A stretch of DNA of 64,000 bases from assembly GCF_003334815.1 (NCBI RefSeq), contig NZ_QOWO01000012.1, one strand, 5' to 3'. Position numbers and translations under genes: made by a program. Below the pieces are notes generated by a model. The model was not told where the DNA came from. It saw only the letters and a program-made list of their open reading frames with translations, and made no database searches. This stretch comes from Escherichia coli. GTDB lineage: Bacteria > Pseudomonadota > Gammaproteobacteria > Enterobacterales > Enterobacteriaceae. Of this stretch, positions 28,797 to 43,368 are shown in pieces (positions within the stretch are counted from its first letter, which is position 1; each line of letters starts with the position of its first letter).

Positions 28797-29495
28797 ATGA
28801 ATAAAATCCTGTTAGTTGATGATGACCGAGAGCTGACTTCCCTATTAAAGGAGCTGCTCGAGATGGAAGGCTTCAACGTGATTGTTGCCCACGATGGGGA
28901 ACAGGCGCTTGATCTTCTGGACGACAGCATTGATTTACTTTTGCTTGACGTAATGATGCCGAAGAAAAATGGTATCGACACATTAAAAGCACTTCGCCAG
29001 ACACACCAGACGCCTGTCATTATGTTGACGGCGCGCGGCAGTGAACTTGATCGCGTTCTCGGCCTTGAGCTGGGCGCAGATGACTATCTCCCGAAACCGT
29101 TTAATGATCGTGAGCTGGTGGCACGTATTCGCGCGATCCTGCGCCGTTCGCACTGGAGCGAGCAACAGCAAAACAACGACAACGGTTCACCGACACTGGA
29201 AGTTGATGCCTTAGTGCTGAATCCAGGCCGTCAGGAAGCCAGCTTCGACGGGCAAACGCTGGAGTTAACCGGTACTGAGTTTACCCTGCTCTATTTGCTG
29301 GCACAGCATCTGGGTCAGGTGGTTTCCCGTGAACATTTAAGCCAGGAAGTGTTGGGCAAACGCCTGACGCCTTTCGACCGCGCTATTGATATGCACATTT
29401 CCAACCTGCGTCGTAAACTGCCGGATCGTAAAGATGGTCACCCGTGGTTTAAAACCTTGCGTGGTCGCGGCTATCTGATGGTTTCTGCTTCATGA
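28797..29495 (+). CDS. cpxR: OmpR-family response regulator CpxR
   Basis: 232 aa MNKILLVDDDRELTSLLKELLEMEGFNV. Confidence 0.97.
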   Translation: MNKILLVDDDRELTSLLKELLEMEGFNVIVAHDGEQALDLLDDSIDLLLLDVMMPKKNGIDTLKALRQTHQTPVIMLTARGSELDRVLGLELGADDYLPKPFNDRELVARIRAILRRSHWSEQQQNNDNGSPTLEVDALVLNPGRQEASFDGQTLELTGTEFTLLYLLAQHLGQVVSREHLSQEVLGKRLTPFDRAIDMHISNLRRKLPDRKDGHPWFKTLRGRGYLMVSAS

Positions 29496-30865
29496 TAGGC
29501 AGCTTAACCGCGCGCATCTTCGCCATCTTCTGGCTGACGCTGGCGCTGGTGTTGATGTTGGTTTTGATGTTACCCAAGCTCGATTCACGCCAGATGACCG
29601 AGCTTCTGGATAGCGAACAGCGTCAGGGGCTGATGATTGAGCAGCATGTCGAAGCGGAGCTGGCGAACGATCCGCCCAACGATTTAATGTGGTGGCGGCG
29701 TCTGTTCCGGGCGATTGATAAGTGGGCACCGCCAGGACAGCGTTTGTTATTGGTGACCACCGAAGGCCGCGTGATCGGCGCTGAACGCAGCGAAATGCAG
29801 ATCATTCGTAACTTTATTGGTCAGGCCGATAACGCCGATCATCCGCAGAAGAAAAAGTATGGCCGCGTGGAACTGGTCGGTCCGTTCTCCGTGCGTGATG
29901 GCGAAGATAATTACCAACTTTATCTGATTCGTCCGGCCAGCAGTTCTCAATCCGATTTCATTAACTTACTGTTTGACCGCCCGCTATTACTGCTGATTGT
30001 CACCATGTTGGTCAGTACGCCGCTGCTGTTGTGGTTGGCCTGGAGTCTGGCAAAACCGGCGCGTAAGCTGAAAAACGCTGCCGATGAAGTTGCCCAGGGA
30101 AACTTACGCCAGCACCCGGAACTGGAAGCGGGGCCACAGGAATTCCTTGCCGCAGGTGCCAGTTTTAACCAGATGGTCACCGCGCTGGAGCGCATGATGA
30201 CCTCTCAGCAGCGTCTGCTTTCTGATATCTCTCACGAGCTGCGCACCCCGCTGACGCGTCTGCAACTGGGTACGGCGTTACTGCGCCGTCGTAGCGGTGA
30301 AAGCAAGGAACTGGAGCGTATTGAAACCGAAGCGCAACGTCTGGACAGCATGATCAACGATCTGTTGGTGATGTCACGTAATCAGCAAAAAAACGCGCTG
30401 GTTAGCGAAACCATCAAAGCCAACCAGTTGTGGAGTGAAGTGCTGGATAACGCGGCGTTCGAAGCCGAGCAAATGGGCAAGTCGTTGACAGTTAACTTCC
30501 CGCCTGGGCCGTGGCCGCTGTACGGCAATCCGAACGCCCTGGAAAGTGCGCTGGAAAACATTGTTCGTAATGCTCTGCGTTATTCCCATACGAAGATTGA
30601 AGTGGGCTTTGCGGTAGATAAAGACGGTATCACCATTACGGTGGACGACGATGGTCCTGGCGTTAGCCCGGAAGATCGCGAACAGATTTTCCGTCCGTTC
30701 TATCGTACCGATGAAGCACGCGATCGTGAATCTGGCGGTACAGGTTTGGGGCTGGCGATTGTTGAAACCGCCATTCAGCAGCATCGTGGCTGGGTGAAGG
30801 CAGAAGACAGCCCGCTGGGCGGTTTACGGCTGGTGATTTGGTTGCCGCTGTATAAGCGGAGTTAA
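29492..30865 (+). CDS. cpxA: Envelope-stress sensor histidine kinase CpxA
   Basis: 457 aa; H-box SHELRTPLT; start overlaps cpxR stop (ATGA). Confidence 0.97.
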   Translation: MIGSLTARIFAIFWLTLALVLMLVLMLPKLDSRQMTELLDSEQRQGLMIEQHVEAELANDPPNDLMWWRRLFRAIDKWAPPGQRLLLVTTEGRVIGAERSEMQIIRNFIGQADNADHPQKKKYGRVELVGPFSVRDGEDNYQLYLIRPASSSQSDFINLLFDRPLLLLIVTMLVSTPLLLWLAWSLAKPARKLKNAADEVAQGNLRQHPELEAGPQEFLAAGASFNQMVTALERMMTSQQRLLSDISHELRTPLTRLQLGTALLRRRSGESKELERIETEAQRLDSMINDLLVMSRNQQKNALVSETIKANQLWSEVLDNAAFEAEQMGKSLTVNFPPGPWPLYGNPNALESALENIVRNALRYSHTKIEVGFAVDKDGITITVDDDGPGVSPEDREQIFRPFYRTDEARDRESGGTGLGLAIVETAIQQHRGWVKAEDSPLGGLRLVIWLPLYKRS

Positions 30866-30867
30866 AC

Positions 30868-30965
30868 TTCGCATTTGCAGGCAGGATAAGGCGTTTACGC
30901 CGCATCCGGCATTTGAGCAGGATGCCTGATGCGACGCTGATAGCGTCTTATCAGGCCTACACTCC
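30868..30965. repeat. REP/BIME element(s)
   Basis: ggcaggataaggcgtttacgccgcatccggca ... gcctgatgcgacgctgatagcgtcttatcaggcctac. Confidence 0.85.
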
Positions 30966-30970
30966 GGGGG

Positions 30971-31645
30971 TTATTTTCCCCACAACCGGCGGGAAAAATC
31001 TTCGATCTTGCCGCTCAGTCGGCGCTTTTGCATCGTCCGCGTCCAGCTTTTCGATAACCCGGCAGCGGAGAGTAAACGGTGATATTGATCGTCATCAAAC
31101 GGCATATGCCATGCGATGGCGGCAGCCTCCTGCACGGTCACATCGCTGACACGGGAAACCAACTCCAGCGGCGCGTCCGCAGACACTTTCCCTGGCGCTA
31201 TCACGCTATACAACCACCCCACCTTACCTGTGTTTTGCATCAACTGCGCTATATCGCTGATATCAAAATGGTAATTGAGTTTATAGCAAGGCGAGCGCGG
31301 CTGGCTGACCTGAATTAATGCCTCTCCCCAGCGGAAAATATCGCCCATATAAACATTACTTTCCGTCAGGCCGTCGGTTGAGAGGTTTTCACCAAACGCA
31401 GGCGCAACAAACAACTCCGCCTGTTCCGGAAATTCCCGCGCCCAGTAGAGATAATGCTCACGAGGATAATGACACAGCGCTCTGTCTGGCCCGCCGTGAA
31501 CCTTTTTCTCCGCCTGCTCGTCACCTTCCAGCCCCAGCTCCGTCAGCATCAACTCACCATCAACCTGGATTTTAGCAATTGCGCTGGGTTTGCCTTCGGG
31601 ATAAGCCTGAATCTTGCCTGTGTATACATCAACCGGATATCGCAT
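30971..31645 (-). CDS. yiiM: MOSC-domain protein YiiM (6-N-hydroxylaminopurine resistance)
   Basis: ORF track 234 aa; recalled length about 224 aa suggests start at MRYPVDVYTGKIQ; start uncertain. Confidence 0.85.
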   Translation of the reverse strand: MRYPVDVYTGKIQAYPEGKPSAIAKIQVDGELMLTELGLEGDEQAEKKVHGGPDRALCHYPREHYLYWAREFPEQAELFVAPAFGENLSTDGLTESNVYMGDIFRWGEALIQVSQPRSPCYKLNYHFDISDIAQLMQNTGKVGWLYSVIAPGKVSADAPLELVSRVSDVTVQEAAAIAWHMPFDDDQYHRLLSAAGLSKSWTRTMQKRRLSGKIEDFSRRLWGK

Positions 31646-31793
31646 CTGTTCCCTCTCCACGAGAAATTTCCCCATTAGACCATATTTATTTTATGTCAGG
31701 CGTGCTGTTTTCGCGGTAAGTATCCAGGCAGGAACTCAATAGCAAACCGGACGAACGTTAGTTCATCCGGCTGTGGGGATTAAGGAAGCAGGT

Positions 31794-32777
31794 TTATTTC
31801 ACCGTACCTAAAATTTCGATTTTCGCTGCTCTGGCTTTGACTTTACGTGACCAGATAGAGGTAAGAATTGGCACCAGAATCGAAGTCACAATGACCGCCG
31901 TCGCTACCAGCGAAGTTGCTGCCGGAGCCATCGGTTTAAACGCAGGCACCATTTCTGCAATCAGCACAGGTGTCGCTACCGCGGCCCCTGCGGAACTGGA
32001 AGCGGCAATTCCGGCAGTGCCATCGCCACCGCCAATCAATTTATCGGCGATAATCAACGGAATACCGGTCACGATAATTACTGCCACACCCAACAGGATC
32101 CCCAGCAAACCAGTCTGGGCAATCACAGTCAAATCAATGGTATTGCCCAGCGCGAAGGCAAAGAATGGAATCAGCGTTTGCACCGCTTTGCTGAAAAATT
32201 CTCGCAATTCAGGGTCAAGGTTCCCCAGGGCAAAGCCCACCAGGAACGGTAATACTGCGCCGACGAAAACATGCGGTTCAAACGAGGCAATCCCGGCAGT
32301 GCCCAGAATAATCATCGTCATGAGCGGCCCGGACTCCAACGACATCAACACAAATGCCCCAGCTTCTTCTTTTGTGCCGTACTGCTGCATGATGGAAGCG
32401 TAAAGTCCGCCATTGGTCATATCCATCGCCGCCACCAGCGCCAGCGTTGAAAGTCCGGCAAAGAATCCAACTTCAACACCATGTTCCGGAATAATACGCG
32501 AGGCAATTGCCGCAACCACCCACGCGACGGCAATTTTAGTTACCACCAGCGTACCGGATTTACGCAGTACCGTTCCCGTCGCGCTTAATTTTATTGACGC
32601 CCCCATGCAAAAAAACCACACCGCCAGAATGGGCACCGTACCGGTAATCATCCCGTTGGTGAATGATCCAAAATATTTCCCCGCCCCCGGCGAGAAGGTG
32701 TGGCACAGTGCGCCAAGGAATAGCGGGACGAGCATCATCCCCCCCGGGATTTTCTCAATCGAGCGTTTTATCTGCAT
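31794..32777 (-). CDS. kdgT: 2-keto-3-deoxygluconate permease
   Basis: 327 aa from [28 protein letters not shown]; polytopic membrane protein. Confidence 0.93.
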
Positions 32778-33036
32778 TTCCATCACCTGTCGGCATATTT
32801 TTAAGGGCTGATGCGTAATTCCTCAATGGAGCATCAGTGTTGATGGAAACGAAGATAGACATTCATTTAATCAATAAAAGTGATCAAAACCACACCAATT
32901 GAAACGCTGTTTTATTTTTATCGGATCATTGTTTTTATTTTGAAATTGATCACAAAAAAACCACCGCCGTTGGCGATGGTTCATTTTTTAAGCTGATATG
33001 CGGCCTATACGCCTCATTGCAGCAGGCGGCAAATGA

Positions 33037-33657
33037 TTATTTTTTCGCCGCAAAACGTGCCGCTGCTTCGTCCCAGTTCACCACGTTCCAGAACTCTTTA
33101 ATGTAGTCCGGACGGCGGTTCTGGAATTTCAGGTAGTAAGCATGTTCCCACACATCCAGGCCCATAATCGGGAAGCCGGAAGCGCCAGAAATAGCTTCAC
33201 CCATCAGCGGAGAATCCTGGTTAGCAGTAGAAACCACCGCCAGTTTATCGCCTTTCAGCACCAGCCATGCCCAGCCGGAACCAAAGCGGGAAGCTGCCGC
33301 TTTTTCAAATTCTGCTTTGAAGTTATCAACGGAGCCGAAGTCACGTTCGATAGCCGCTTTCAGGTCACCCTGCAGGGTGGTGCCTTTTTTCAGACCTTTC
33401 CAGAACAGGCTGTGGTTAGCGTGACCGCCAGCGTTGTTGCGCAGTACGGTTTTCTTGTCTGCTGGCAGCTGGTCCAGTTTGGTGATCAGCTCTTCAACCG
33501 GCAGGTTGGCAAATTCTGGCAGGCTTTCCAGCGCCGCGTTGGCGTTGTTTACGTAGGTCTGATGGTGTTTGGTGTGGTGGATTTCCATGGTCTGCTTATC
33601 GAAGTGCGGTTCCAGGGCATCGTAAGCATACGGCAGGGATGGCAGGGTATAGCTCAT
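33037..33657 (-). CDS. sodA: Manganese superoxide dismutase
   Basis: 206 aa from [40 protein letters not shown]. Confidence 0.97.
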   Translation of the reverse strand: MSYTLPSLPYAYDALEPHFDKQTMEIHHTKHHQTYVNNANAALESLPEFANLPVEELITKLDQLPADKKTVLRNNAGGHANHSLFWKGLKKGTTLQGDLKAAIERDFGSVDNFKAEFEKAAASRFGSGWAWLVLKGDKLAVVSTANQDSPLMGEAISGASGFPIMGLDVWEHAYYLKFQNRRPDYIKEFWNVVNWDEAAARFAAKK

Positions 33658-33728
33658 ATTCATCTCCAGTATTGTCGGGCGGCCGATTGTTAATGCCGCG
33701 TAAGCAGTTGGTTCATTATAGTTAATTA

Positions 33729-33750
33729 AATGATATTGAAAATGATTATC
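33729..33750 (-). promoter_or_regulatory. Fur box in sodA promoter
   Basis: minus strand reads GATAATCATTTTCAATATCATT, close to the Fur consensus. Confidence 0.7.
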
Positions 33751-33941
33751 AATGCCGTACTTTTCGTAAGGGTATGGTTTTGCAGGAAAATGCCCGAGAT
33801 GTGAAGCAAATCACCCACTTAATGCCGTGATTGCCAGTAAATCGACAACGGCGGCAACAGGCGAAAGGTTAATCGACAGCACGATTTTTACACTCATCTC
33901 GTCGGAGATGTGACGCGACGAAAAATGATGAGGATAAGAAG

Positions 33942-34976
33942 ATGAGTAACGCGATTACGATGGGGATATTTTGGCATTTGATCGGCGCGGCCAGTGCAGC
34001 CTGTTTTTACGCTCCGTTCAAAAAAGTAAAAAAATGGTCATGGGAAACCATGTGGTCAGTCGGTGGGATTGTTTCGTGGATTATTCTGCCGTGGGCCATC
34101 AGCGCCCTGTTACTACCGAATTTCTGGGCGTATTACAGCTCGTTTAGTCTCTCTACGCTACTGCCTGTTTTTCTGTTCGGCGCTATGTGGGGGATCGGTA
34201 ATATCAACTACGGCCTGACCATGCGTTATCTCGGCATGTCGATGGGAATTGGCATCGCCATTGGCATTACGTTGATTGTCGGTACGCTGATGACGCCAAT
34301 TATCAACGGCAATTTCGATGTGTTGATTAGCACCGAAGGCGGACGCATGACGTTGCTCGGCGTTCTGGTGGCGCTGATTGGCGTAGGGATTGTAACTCGC
34401 GCCGGGCAGTTGAAAGAGCGCAAGATGGGCATTAAAGCCGAAGAGTTCAATCTGAAAAAAGGGCTGGTGCTGGCGGTGATGTGCGGCATTTTCTCTGCCG
34501 GGATGTCCTTTGCGATGAACGCCGCAAAACCGATGCATGAAGCCGCTGCCGCACTTGGCGTCGATCCACTGTATGTCGCTCTGCCAAGCTATGTTGTCAT
34601 CATGGGCGGCGGCGCGATCATTAACCTCGGTTTCTGTTTTATTCGTCTGGCAAAAGTGAAGGATTTGTCGCTAAAAGCCGACTTCTCGCTGGCAAAATCG
34701 CTGATCATTCACAATGTGTTACTCTCGACACTGGGCGGGTTGATGTGGTATCTGCAATTCTTTTTCTATGCCTGGGGCCACGCCCGCATTCCGGCGCAGT
34801 ATGACTACATCAGTTGGATGCTGCATATGAGTTTCTATGTATTGTGCGGCGGTATCGTCGGGCTGGTGCTGAAAGAGTGGAACAATGCAGGACGCCGTCC
34901 GGTAACGGTGTTGAGCCTCGGTTGTGTGGTGATTATTGTCGCCGCTAACATCGTCGGCATCGGCATGGCGAATTAA
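33942..34976 (+). CDS. rhaT: L-rhamnose/H+ symporter
   Basis: 344 aa [29 protein letters not shown]. Confidence 0.96.
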   Translation: MSNAITMGIFWHLIGAASAACFYAPFKKVKKWSWETMWSVGGIVSWIILPWAISALLLPNFWAYYSSFSLSTLLPVFLFGAMWGIGNINYGLTMRYLGMSMGIGIAIGITLIVGTLMTPIINGNFDVLISTEGGRMTLLGVLVALIGVGIVTRAGQLKERKMGIKAEEFNLKKGLVLAVMCGIFSAGMSFAMNAAKPMHEAAAALGVDPLYVALPSYVVIMGGGAIINLGFCFIRLAKVKDLSLKADFSLAKSLIIHNVLLSTLGGLMWYLQFFFYAWGHARIPAQYDYISWMLHMSFYVLCGGIVGLVLKEWNNAGRRPVTVLSLGCVVIIVAANIVGIGMAN

Positions 34977-35821
34977 TCTTTCTGCGAATTGAGATGACGC
35001 CACTGGCTGGGCGTCATCCCGGTTTCCCGGGTAAACACCACCGAAAAATAGTTACTATCTTCAAAGCCACATTCGGTCGAAATATCACTGATTAACAGGC
35101 GGCTATGCTGGAGAAGATATTGCGCATGACACACTCTGACCTGTCGCAGATATTGATTGATGGTCATTCCAGTCTGCTGGCGAAATTGCTGACGCAAAAC
35201 GCGCTCACTGCACGATGCCTCATCACAAAATTTATCCAGCGCAAAGGGACTTTTCAGGCTAGCCGCCAGCCGGGTAATCAGCTTATCCAGCAACGTTTCG
35301 CTGGATGTTGGCGGCAACGAATCACTGGTGTAACGATGGCGATTCAGCAACATCACCAACTGCCCGAACAGCAACTCAGCCATTTCGTTAGCAAACGGCA
35401 CATGCTGACTACTTTCATGCTCAAGCTGACCGATAACCTGCCGCGCCTGCGCCATCCCCATGCTACCTAAGCGCCAGTGTGGTTGCCCTGCGCTGGCGTT
35501 AAATCCCGGAATCGCCCCCTGCCAGTCAAGATTCAGCTTCAGACGCTCCGGGCAATAAATAATATTCTGCAAAACCAGATCGTTAACGGAAGCGTAGGAG
35601 TGTTTATCGTCAGCATGAATGTAAAAGAGATCGCCACGGGTAATGCGATAAGGGCGATCGTTGAGTACATGCAGGCCATTACCGCGCCAGACAATCACCA
35701 GCTCACAAAAATCATGTGTATGTTCAGCAAAGACATCTTGCGGATAACGGTCAGCCACAGCGACTGCCTGCTGGTCGCTGGCAAAAAAATCATCTTTGAG
35801 AAGTTTTAACTGATGCGCCAC
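34973..35821 (-). CDS. rhaR: AraC-family activator RhaR
   Basis: Chosen start gives 282 aa beginning (V)[17 protein letters not shown]; the longer ORF-track reading frame (340 aa) would overlap rhaS; start assignment is from recalled annotation. Confidence 0.85.
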   Translation of the reverse strand: MAHQLKLLKDDFFASDQQAVAVADRYPQDVFAEHTHDFCELVIVWRGNGLHVLNDRPYRITRGDLFYIHADDKHSYASVNDLVLQNIIYCPERLKLNLDWQGAIPGFNASAGQPHWRLGSMGMAQARQVIGQLEHESSQHVPFANEMAELLFGQLVMLLNRHRYTSDSLPPTSSETLLDKLITRLAASLKSPFALDKFCDEASCSERVLRQQFRQQTGMTINQYLRQVRVCHAQYLLQHSRLLISDISTECGFEDSNYFSVVFTRETGMTPSQWRHLNSQKD

Positions 35822-35894
35822 CGTGGCTACCTCGGCCAGAGAACGAAGTTGATTATTCGCAATATGGCGTACAAATACGTTGAGAAGATTCGCG

Positions 35895-36731
35895 TTATTG
35901 CAGAAAGCCATCCCGTCCCTGGCGAATATCACGCGGTGACCAGTTAAACTCTCGGCGAAAAAGCGTCGAAAAGTGGTTACTGTCGCTGAATCCACAGCGA
36001 TAGTCGATGTCAGTAACGCTGGCCTCGCTGTGGCGTAGCAGATGTCGGGCTTTCATCAGTCGCAGGCGGTTCAGGTATCGCTGAGGCGTCAGTCCCGTTT
36101 GCTGCTTAAGCTGCCGATGTAGCGTACGCAGTGAAAGAGAAAATTGATCCGCCACGGCATCCCAATTCACCTCATCGGCAAAATGGTCCTCCAGCCAGGC
36201 CAGAAGCAAGTTGAGACGTGATGCGCTGTTTTCCAGGTTCTCCTGCAAACTGCTTTTACGCAGCAAGAGCAGTAATTGCATAAACAAGATCTCGCGACTG
36301 GCGGTCGAGGGTAAATCATTTTCCCCTTCCTGCTGTTCCATCTGTGCAACCAGCTGTCGCACCTGCTGCAATACGCTGTGGTTAACGCGCCAGTGAGACG
36401 GATACTGCCCATCCAGCTCTTGTGGCAGCAACTGATTCAGCCCGGCGAGAAACTGAAATCGATCCGGCGAGCGATACAGCACATTGGTCAGACACAGATT
36501 ATCGGTATGTTCATACAGATGCCGATCATGATCGCGTACGAAACAGACCGTGCCACCGGTGATGGTATAGGGCTGCCCATTAAACACATGAATACCCGTG
36601 CCATGTTCGACAATCACAATTTCATGAAAATCATGATGATGTTCAGGAAAATCCGCCTGCGGGAGCCGGGGTTCTATCGCCACGGACGCGTTACCAGACG
36701 GAAAAAAATCCACACTATGTAATACGGTCAT
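35895..36731 (-). CDS. rhaS: AraC-family activator RhaS
   Basis: 278 aa [46 protein letters not shown]. Confidence 0.96.
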   Translation of the reverse strand: MTVLHSVDFFPSGNASVAIEPRLPQADFPEHHHDFHEIVIVEHGTGIHVFNGQPYTITGGTVCFVRDHDRHLYEHTDNLCLTNVLYRSPDRFQFLAGLNQLLPQELDGQYPSHWRVNHSVLQQVRQLVAQMEQQEGENDLPSTASREILFMQLLLLLRKSSLQENLENSASRLNLLLAWLEDHFADEVNWDAVADQFSLSLRTLHRQLKQQTGLTPQRYLNRLRLMKARHLLRHSEASVTDIDYRCGFSDSNHFSTLFRREFNWSPRDIRQGRDGFLQ

Positions 36732-39744
<3,013 letters not shown>

Positions 39745-39748
39745 ACAC

Positions 39749-39990
39749 TGCCGGATGCGGCGCGAGCGCCTTATCCGGCCTACGGGTCGGCAACAGTTGT
39801 AGGCCTGATAAGACGCGACAGCGTCGCATCAGGCATTGATTGCCGGATGCGGCACAAGTGCCTTATCCGGCCTACAGGTCGGCAATAGTTGTAGGCCTGA
39901 TAAGACGCGACAGCGTCGCATCAGGCATTGATTGCCGGATGCGGCGCGAGCGCCTTATCCGGCCTACGGGTCGTGCATCCGACAACACCG
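39749..39990. repeat. BIME: tandem 92-bp units each carrying an inverted REP pair (2 full units plus a partial third)
   Basis: ccggatgcggcgcgagcgccttatccggcctacgggtcggcaacagttgtaggcctgataagacgcgacagcgtcgcatcaggcattgattg repeated from 39751 and from 39843. Confidence 0.9.
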
Positions 39991-40010
39991 AATTTACAGG
40001 AACACAGAAC

Positions 40011-40835
40011 ATGCAAAACATTACTCAGTCCTGGTTTGTCCAGGGAATGATCAAAGCCACCACCGACGCCTGGCTGAAAGGCTGGGATGAGCGCAACGGC
40101 GGCAACCTGACGCTACGCCTGGATGACGCCGATATCGCACCATATCACGACAATTTCCACCAACAACCGCGCTATATCCCGCTCAGCCAGCCCATGCCTT
40201 TACTGGCAAATACACCGTTTATTGTCACCGGCTCGGGCAAATTCTTCCGTAACGTCCAGCTTGATCCTGCGGCTAACTTAGGCATCGTAAAAGTCGACAG
40301 CGACGGCGCGGGCTACCACATTCTTTGGGGGTTAACCAACGAAGCCGTCCCCACTTCCGAACTTCCGGCTCACTTCCTTTCCCACTGCGAGCGCATTAAA
40401 GCCACCAACGGCAAAGATCGGGTGATCATGCACTGCCACGCCACCAACCTGATCGCCCTCACCTATGTACTTGAAAACGACACCGCGGTCTTCACTCGCC
40501 AACTGTGGGAAGGCAGCACCGAGTGTCTGGTGGTATTCCCGGATGGCGTTGGCATTTTGCCGTGGATGGTGCCCGGCACGGACGAAATCGGCCAGGCGAC
40601 CGCACAAGAGATGCAAAAACATTCGCTGGTGTTGTGGCCCTTCCACGGCGTCTTCGGCAGCGGACCGACGCTGGATGAAACCTTCGGTTTAATCGACACC
40701 GCAGAAAAATCAGCACAAGTATTAGTGAAGGTTTATTCGATGGGCGGCATGAAACAGACCATCAGCCGTGAAGAGTTGATAGCGCTCGGCAAGCGTTTCG
40801 GCGTTACGCCACTCGCCAGTGCGCTGGCGCTGTAA
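40011..40835 (+). CDS. rhaD: Rhamnulose-1-phosphate aldolase
   Basis: 274 aa from [37 protein letters not shown]; ORF track extends upstream through the REP cluster. Confidence 0.96.
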
Positions 40836-40844
40836 GGAGCAAAC

Positions 40845-41159
40845 ATGATCCGCAAAGCCTTTGTCATGCAGGTAAACCCCGACGCCCACGAAGAGTATCA
40901 GCGTCGGCATAATCCCATCTGGCCAGAACTGGAAGCAGTGCTGAAATCTCACGGTGCGCATAACTACGCCATCTATCTCGACAAAGCGCGTAATCTGCTG
41001 TTTGCCATGGTAGAGATTGAATCTGAAGAACGCTGGAATGCGGTTGCCAGCACTGATGTTTGCCAACGTTGGTGGAAATATATGACCGATGTTATGCCCG
41101 CTAACCCGGATAACAGCCCGGTGAGTAGCGAGCTGCAAGAAGTGTTTTACCTGCCGTAA
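40845..41159 (+). CDS. rhaM: L-rhamnose mutarotase
   Basis: 104 aa [46 protein letters not shown]. Confidence 0.95.
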
Positions 41160-41459
41160 TTGCCCAATGTGCCAGAGATGCCTCCGGCACAATATTTTAA
41201 ATTTCGATTTGAAAAATTAAACATATTACATCTCCCGGTAAGTTATATTTCCCTGATACATTGTGAGTAAATCACAAAAATAATGAATAACCCATTAATG
41301 ATTCATGTGGTTTATTTAAATAACCATTATGTGCATTACTCCGCAAATCTGACCTTTCACTCTGTCTCAAATTGTCATTGTTTACCGACATATCGCCTCT
41401 CATCACTTAATCGCTCCACCATTACAATTGATTAAAATATATTTTATGGAGTCCGATTA

Positions 41460-41906
41460 ATGGCAGCTCTTACTGCAAGCTGTATTGACCTGAATATTCA
41501 GGGCAATGGCGCTTATTCCGTTCTGAAGCAGTTGGCGACAATAGCGTTACAAAACGGTTTTATCACCGACTCACACCAGTTCCTGCAAACCCTGCTGCTG
41601 CGCGAAAAAATGCACTCTACTGGATTTGGTTCCGGTGTCGCCGTGCCGCACGGTAAAAGCGCCTGCGTTAAACAACCGTTCGTATTATTCGCCCGCAAAG
41701 CGCAGGCTATTGACTGGAAAGCCAGCGATGGCGAAGACGTCAATTGCTGGATCTGCCTCGGCGTGCCGCAAAGCGGCGAAGAGGATCAGGTCAAAATCAT
41801 CGGCACACTGTGTCGCAAAATTATTCACAAGGAATTTATTCATCAACTGCAACAGGGCGATACCGACCAGGTGCTTGCCTTGTTAAATCAAACCCTCAGC
41901 TCATAA
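41460..41906 (+). CDS. frvA: Fructose-like PTS enzyme IIA component
   Basis: 148 aa; PTS EIIA(Fru/Mtl-type) signature GSGVAVPHGK. Confidence 0.9.
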   Translation: MAALTASCIDLNIQGNGAYSVLKQLATIALQNGFITDSHQFLQTLLLREKMHSTGFGSGVAVPHGKSACVKQPFVLFARKAQAIDWKASDGEDVNCWICLGVPQSGEEDQVKIIGTLCRKIIHKEFIHQLQQGDTDQVLALLNQTLSS

Positions 41907-41916
41907 GGAAGTGGCG

Positions 41917-43368
41917 ATGGAGTCATCCTTACGTATTGTCGCGATCACCAACTGCCCCGCCGGGATCGCTCACACCTACATGGTGGCGGAAGCCCTGGAA
42001 CAGAAAGCCCGTTCTCTCGGTCATACCATAAAAGTGGAAACTCAAGGGTCCAGTGGCGTTGAAAACCGCTTATCCAGCGAAGAGATTGCCGCTGCCGATT
42101 ACGTCATTCTCGCTACCGGGCGTGGCCTGAGCGGTGATGATCGCGCGCGGTTTGCCGGGAAGAAAGTTTATGAGATTGCCATCTCCCAGGCGTTGAAAAA
42201 TATCGACCAGATTTTCAGCGAATTACCGACAAACTCGCAGCTTTTTGCCGCAGATAGCGGCGTGAAGCTTGGCAAACAGGAAGTGCAAAGCGGTAGCGTG
42301 ATGAGCCACCTGATGGCGGGCGTCTCTGCGGCGCTGCCGTTTGTCATCGGCGGTGGTATCCTGGTGGCGCTTGCCAACATGCTGGTGCAGTTCGGTTTGC
42401 CGTATACCGATATGTCGAAAGGCGCGCCGTCGTTTACCTGGGTAGTTGAATCCATCGGTTACCTTGGCTTCACCTTTATGATCCCCATCATGGGCGCTTA
42501 TATTGCCTCGTCGATTGCCGATAAACCGGCTTTCGCTCCGGCGTTTCTGGTTTGCTATCTGGCGAACGACAAAGCGCTGCTCGGCACCCAGTCGGGTGCG
42601 GGATTCCTCGGCGCGGTGGTGCTGGGGCTGGCGATTGGCTATTTCGTCTTCTGGTTCCGCAAAGTGCGCCTTGGCAAAGCATTACAACCGCTGCTCGGTT
42701 CAATGCTGATCCCGTTCGTTACTCTGCTGGTTTTCGGCGTGCTCACTTACTACGTTATCGGGCCGGTGATGTCCGACCTCATGGGCGGGCTGCTCCACTT
42801 CCTGAATACCATTCCTCCATCAATGAAGTTTGCGGCAGCGTTTCTGGTCGGTGCGATGCTGGCGTTCGATATGGGCGGCCCCATCAATAAAACCGCCTGG
42901 TTCTTCTGCTTCTCACTGCTGGAAAAACACATTTATGACTGGTACGCCATCGTCGGCGTTGTCGCGCTGATGCCGCCCGTCGCGGCGGGTCTTGCGACGT
43001 TCATTGCGCCCAAACTGTTTACCCGACAGGAAAAAGAGGCTGCCAGTAGTGCCATTGTGGTCGGTGCCACAGTCGCAACCGAACCGGCTATTCCTTACGC
43101 TCTGGCAGCTCCGTTGCCGATGATTACCGCCAATACGCTGGCGGGCGGCATTACCGGCGTGCTGGTGATCGCTTTCGGAATCAAACGTCTGGCACCTGGT
43201 TTGGGTATCTTTGACCCGCTGATCGGCCTGATGTCGCCGGTGGGTTCGTTTTATCTGGTGCTGGCGATTGGCCTCGCGCTGAACATTTCATTCATTATCG
43301 TCCTGAAAGGATTGTGGTTACGCCGCAAAGCGAAAGCCGCGCAACAGGAGCTTGTCCATGAACATTGA
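41917..43368 (+). CDS. frvB: Fructose-like PTS enzyme IIBC component
   Basis: 483 aa from MESSLRIVAITNCPAGIAHTYMVAEALEQ (EIIB Cys motif), then polytopic EIIC. Confidence 0.9.
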   Translation: MESSLRIVAITNCPAGIAHTYMVAEALEQKARSLGHTIKVETQGSSGVENRLSSEEIAAADYVILATGRGLSGDDRARFAGKKVYEIAISQALKNIDQIFSELPTNSQLFAADSGVKLGKQEVQSGSVMSHLMAGVSAALPFVIGGGILVALANMLVQFGLPYTDMSKGAPSFTWVVESIGYLGFTFMIPIMGAYIASSIADKPAFAPAFLVCYLANDKALLGTQSGAGFLGAVVLGLAIGYFVFWFRKVRLGKALQPLLGSMLIPFVTLLVFGVLTYYVIGPVMSDLMGGLLHFLNTIPPSMKFAAAFLVGAMLAFDMGGPINKTAWFFCFSLLEKHIYDWYAIVGVVALMPPVAAGLATFIAPKLFTRQEKEAASSAIVVGATVATEPAIPYALAAPLPMITANTLAGGITGVLVIAFGIKRLAPGLGIFDPLIGLMSPVGSFYLVLAIGLALNISFIIVLKGLWLRRKAKAAQQELVHEH

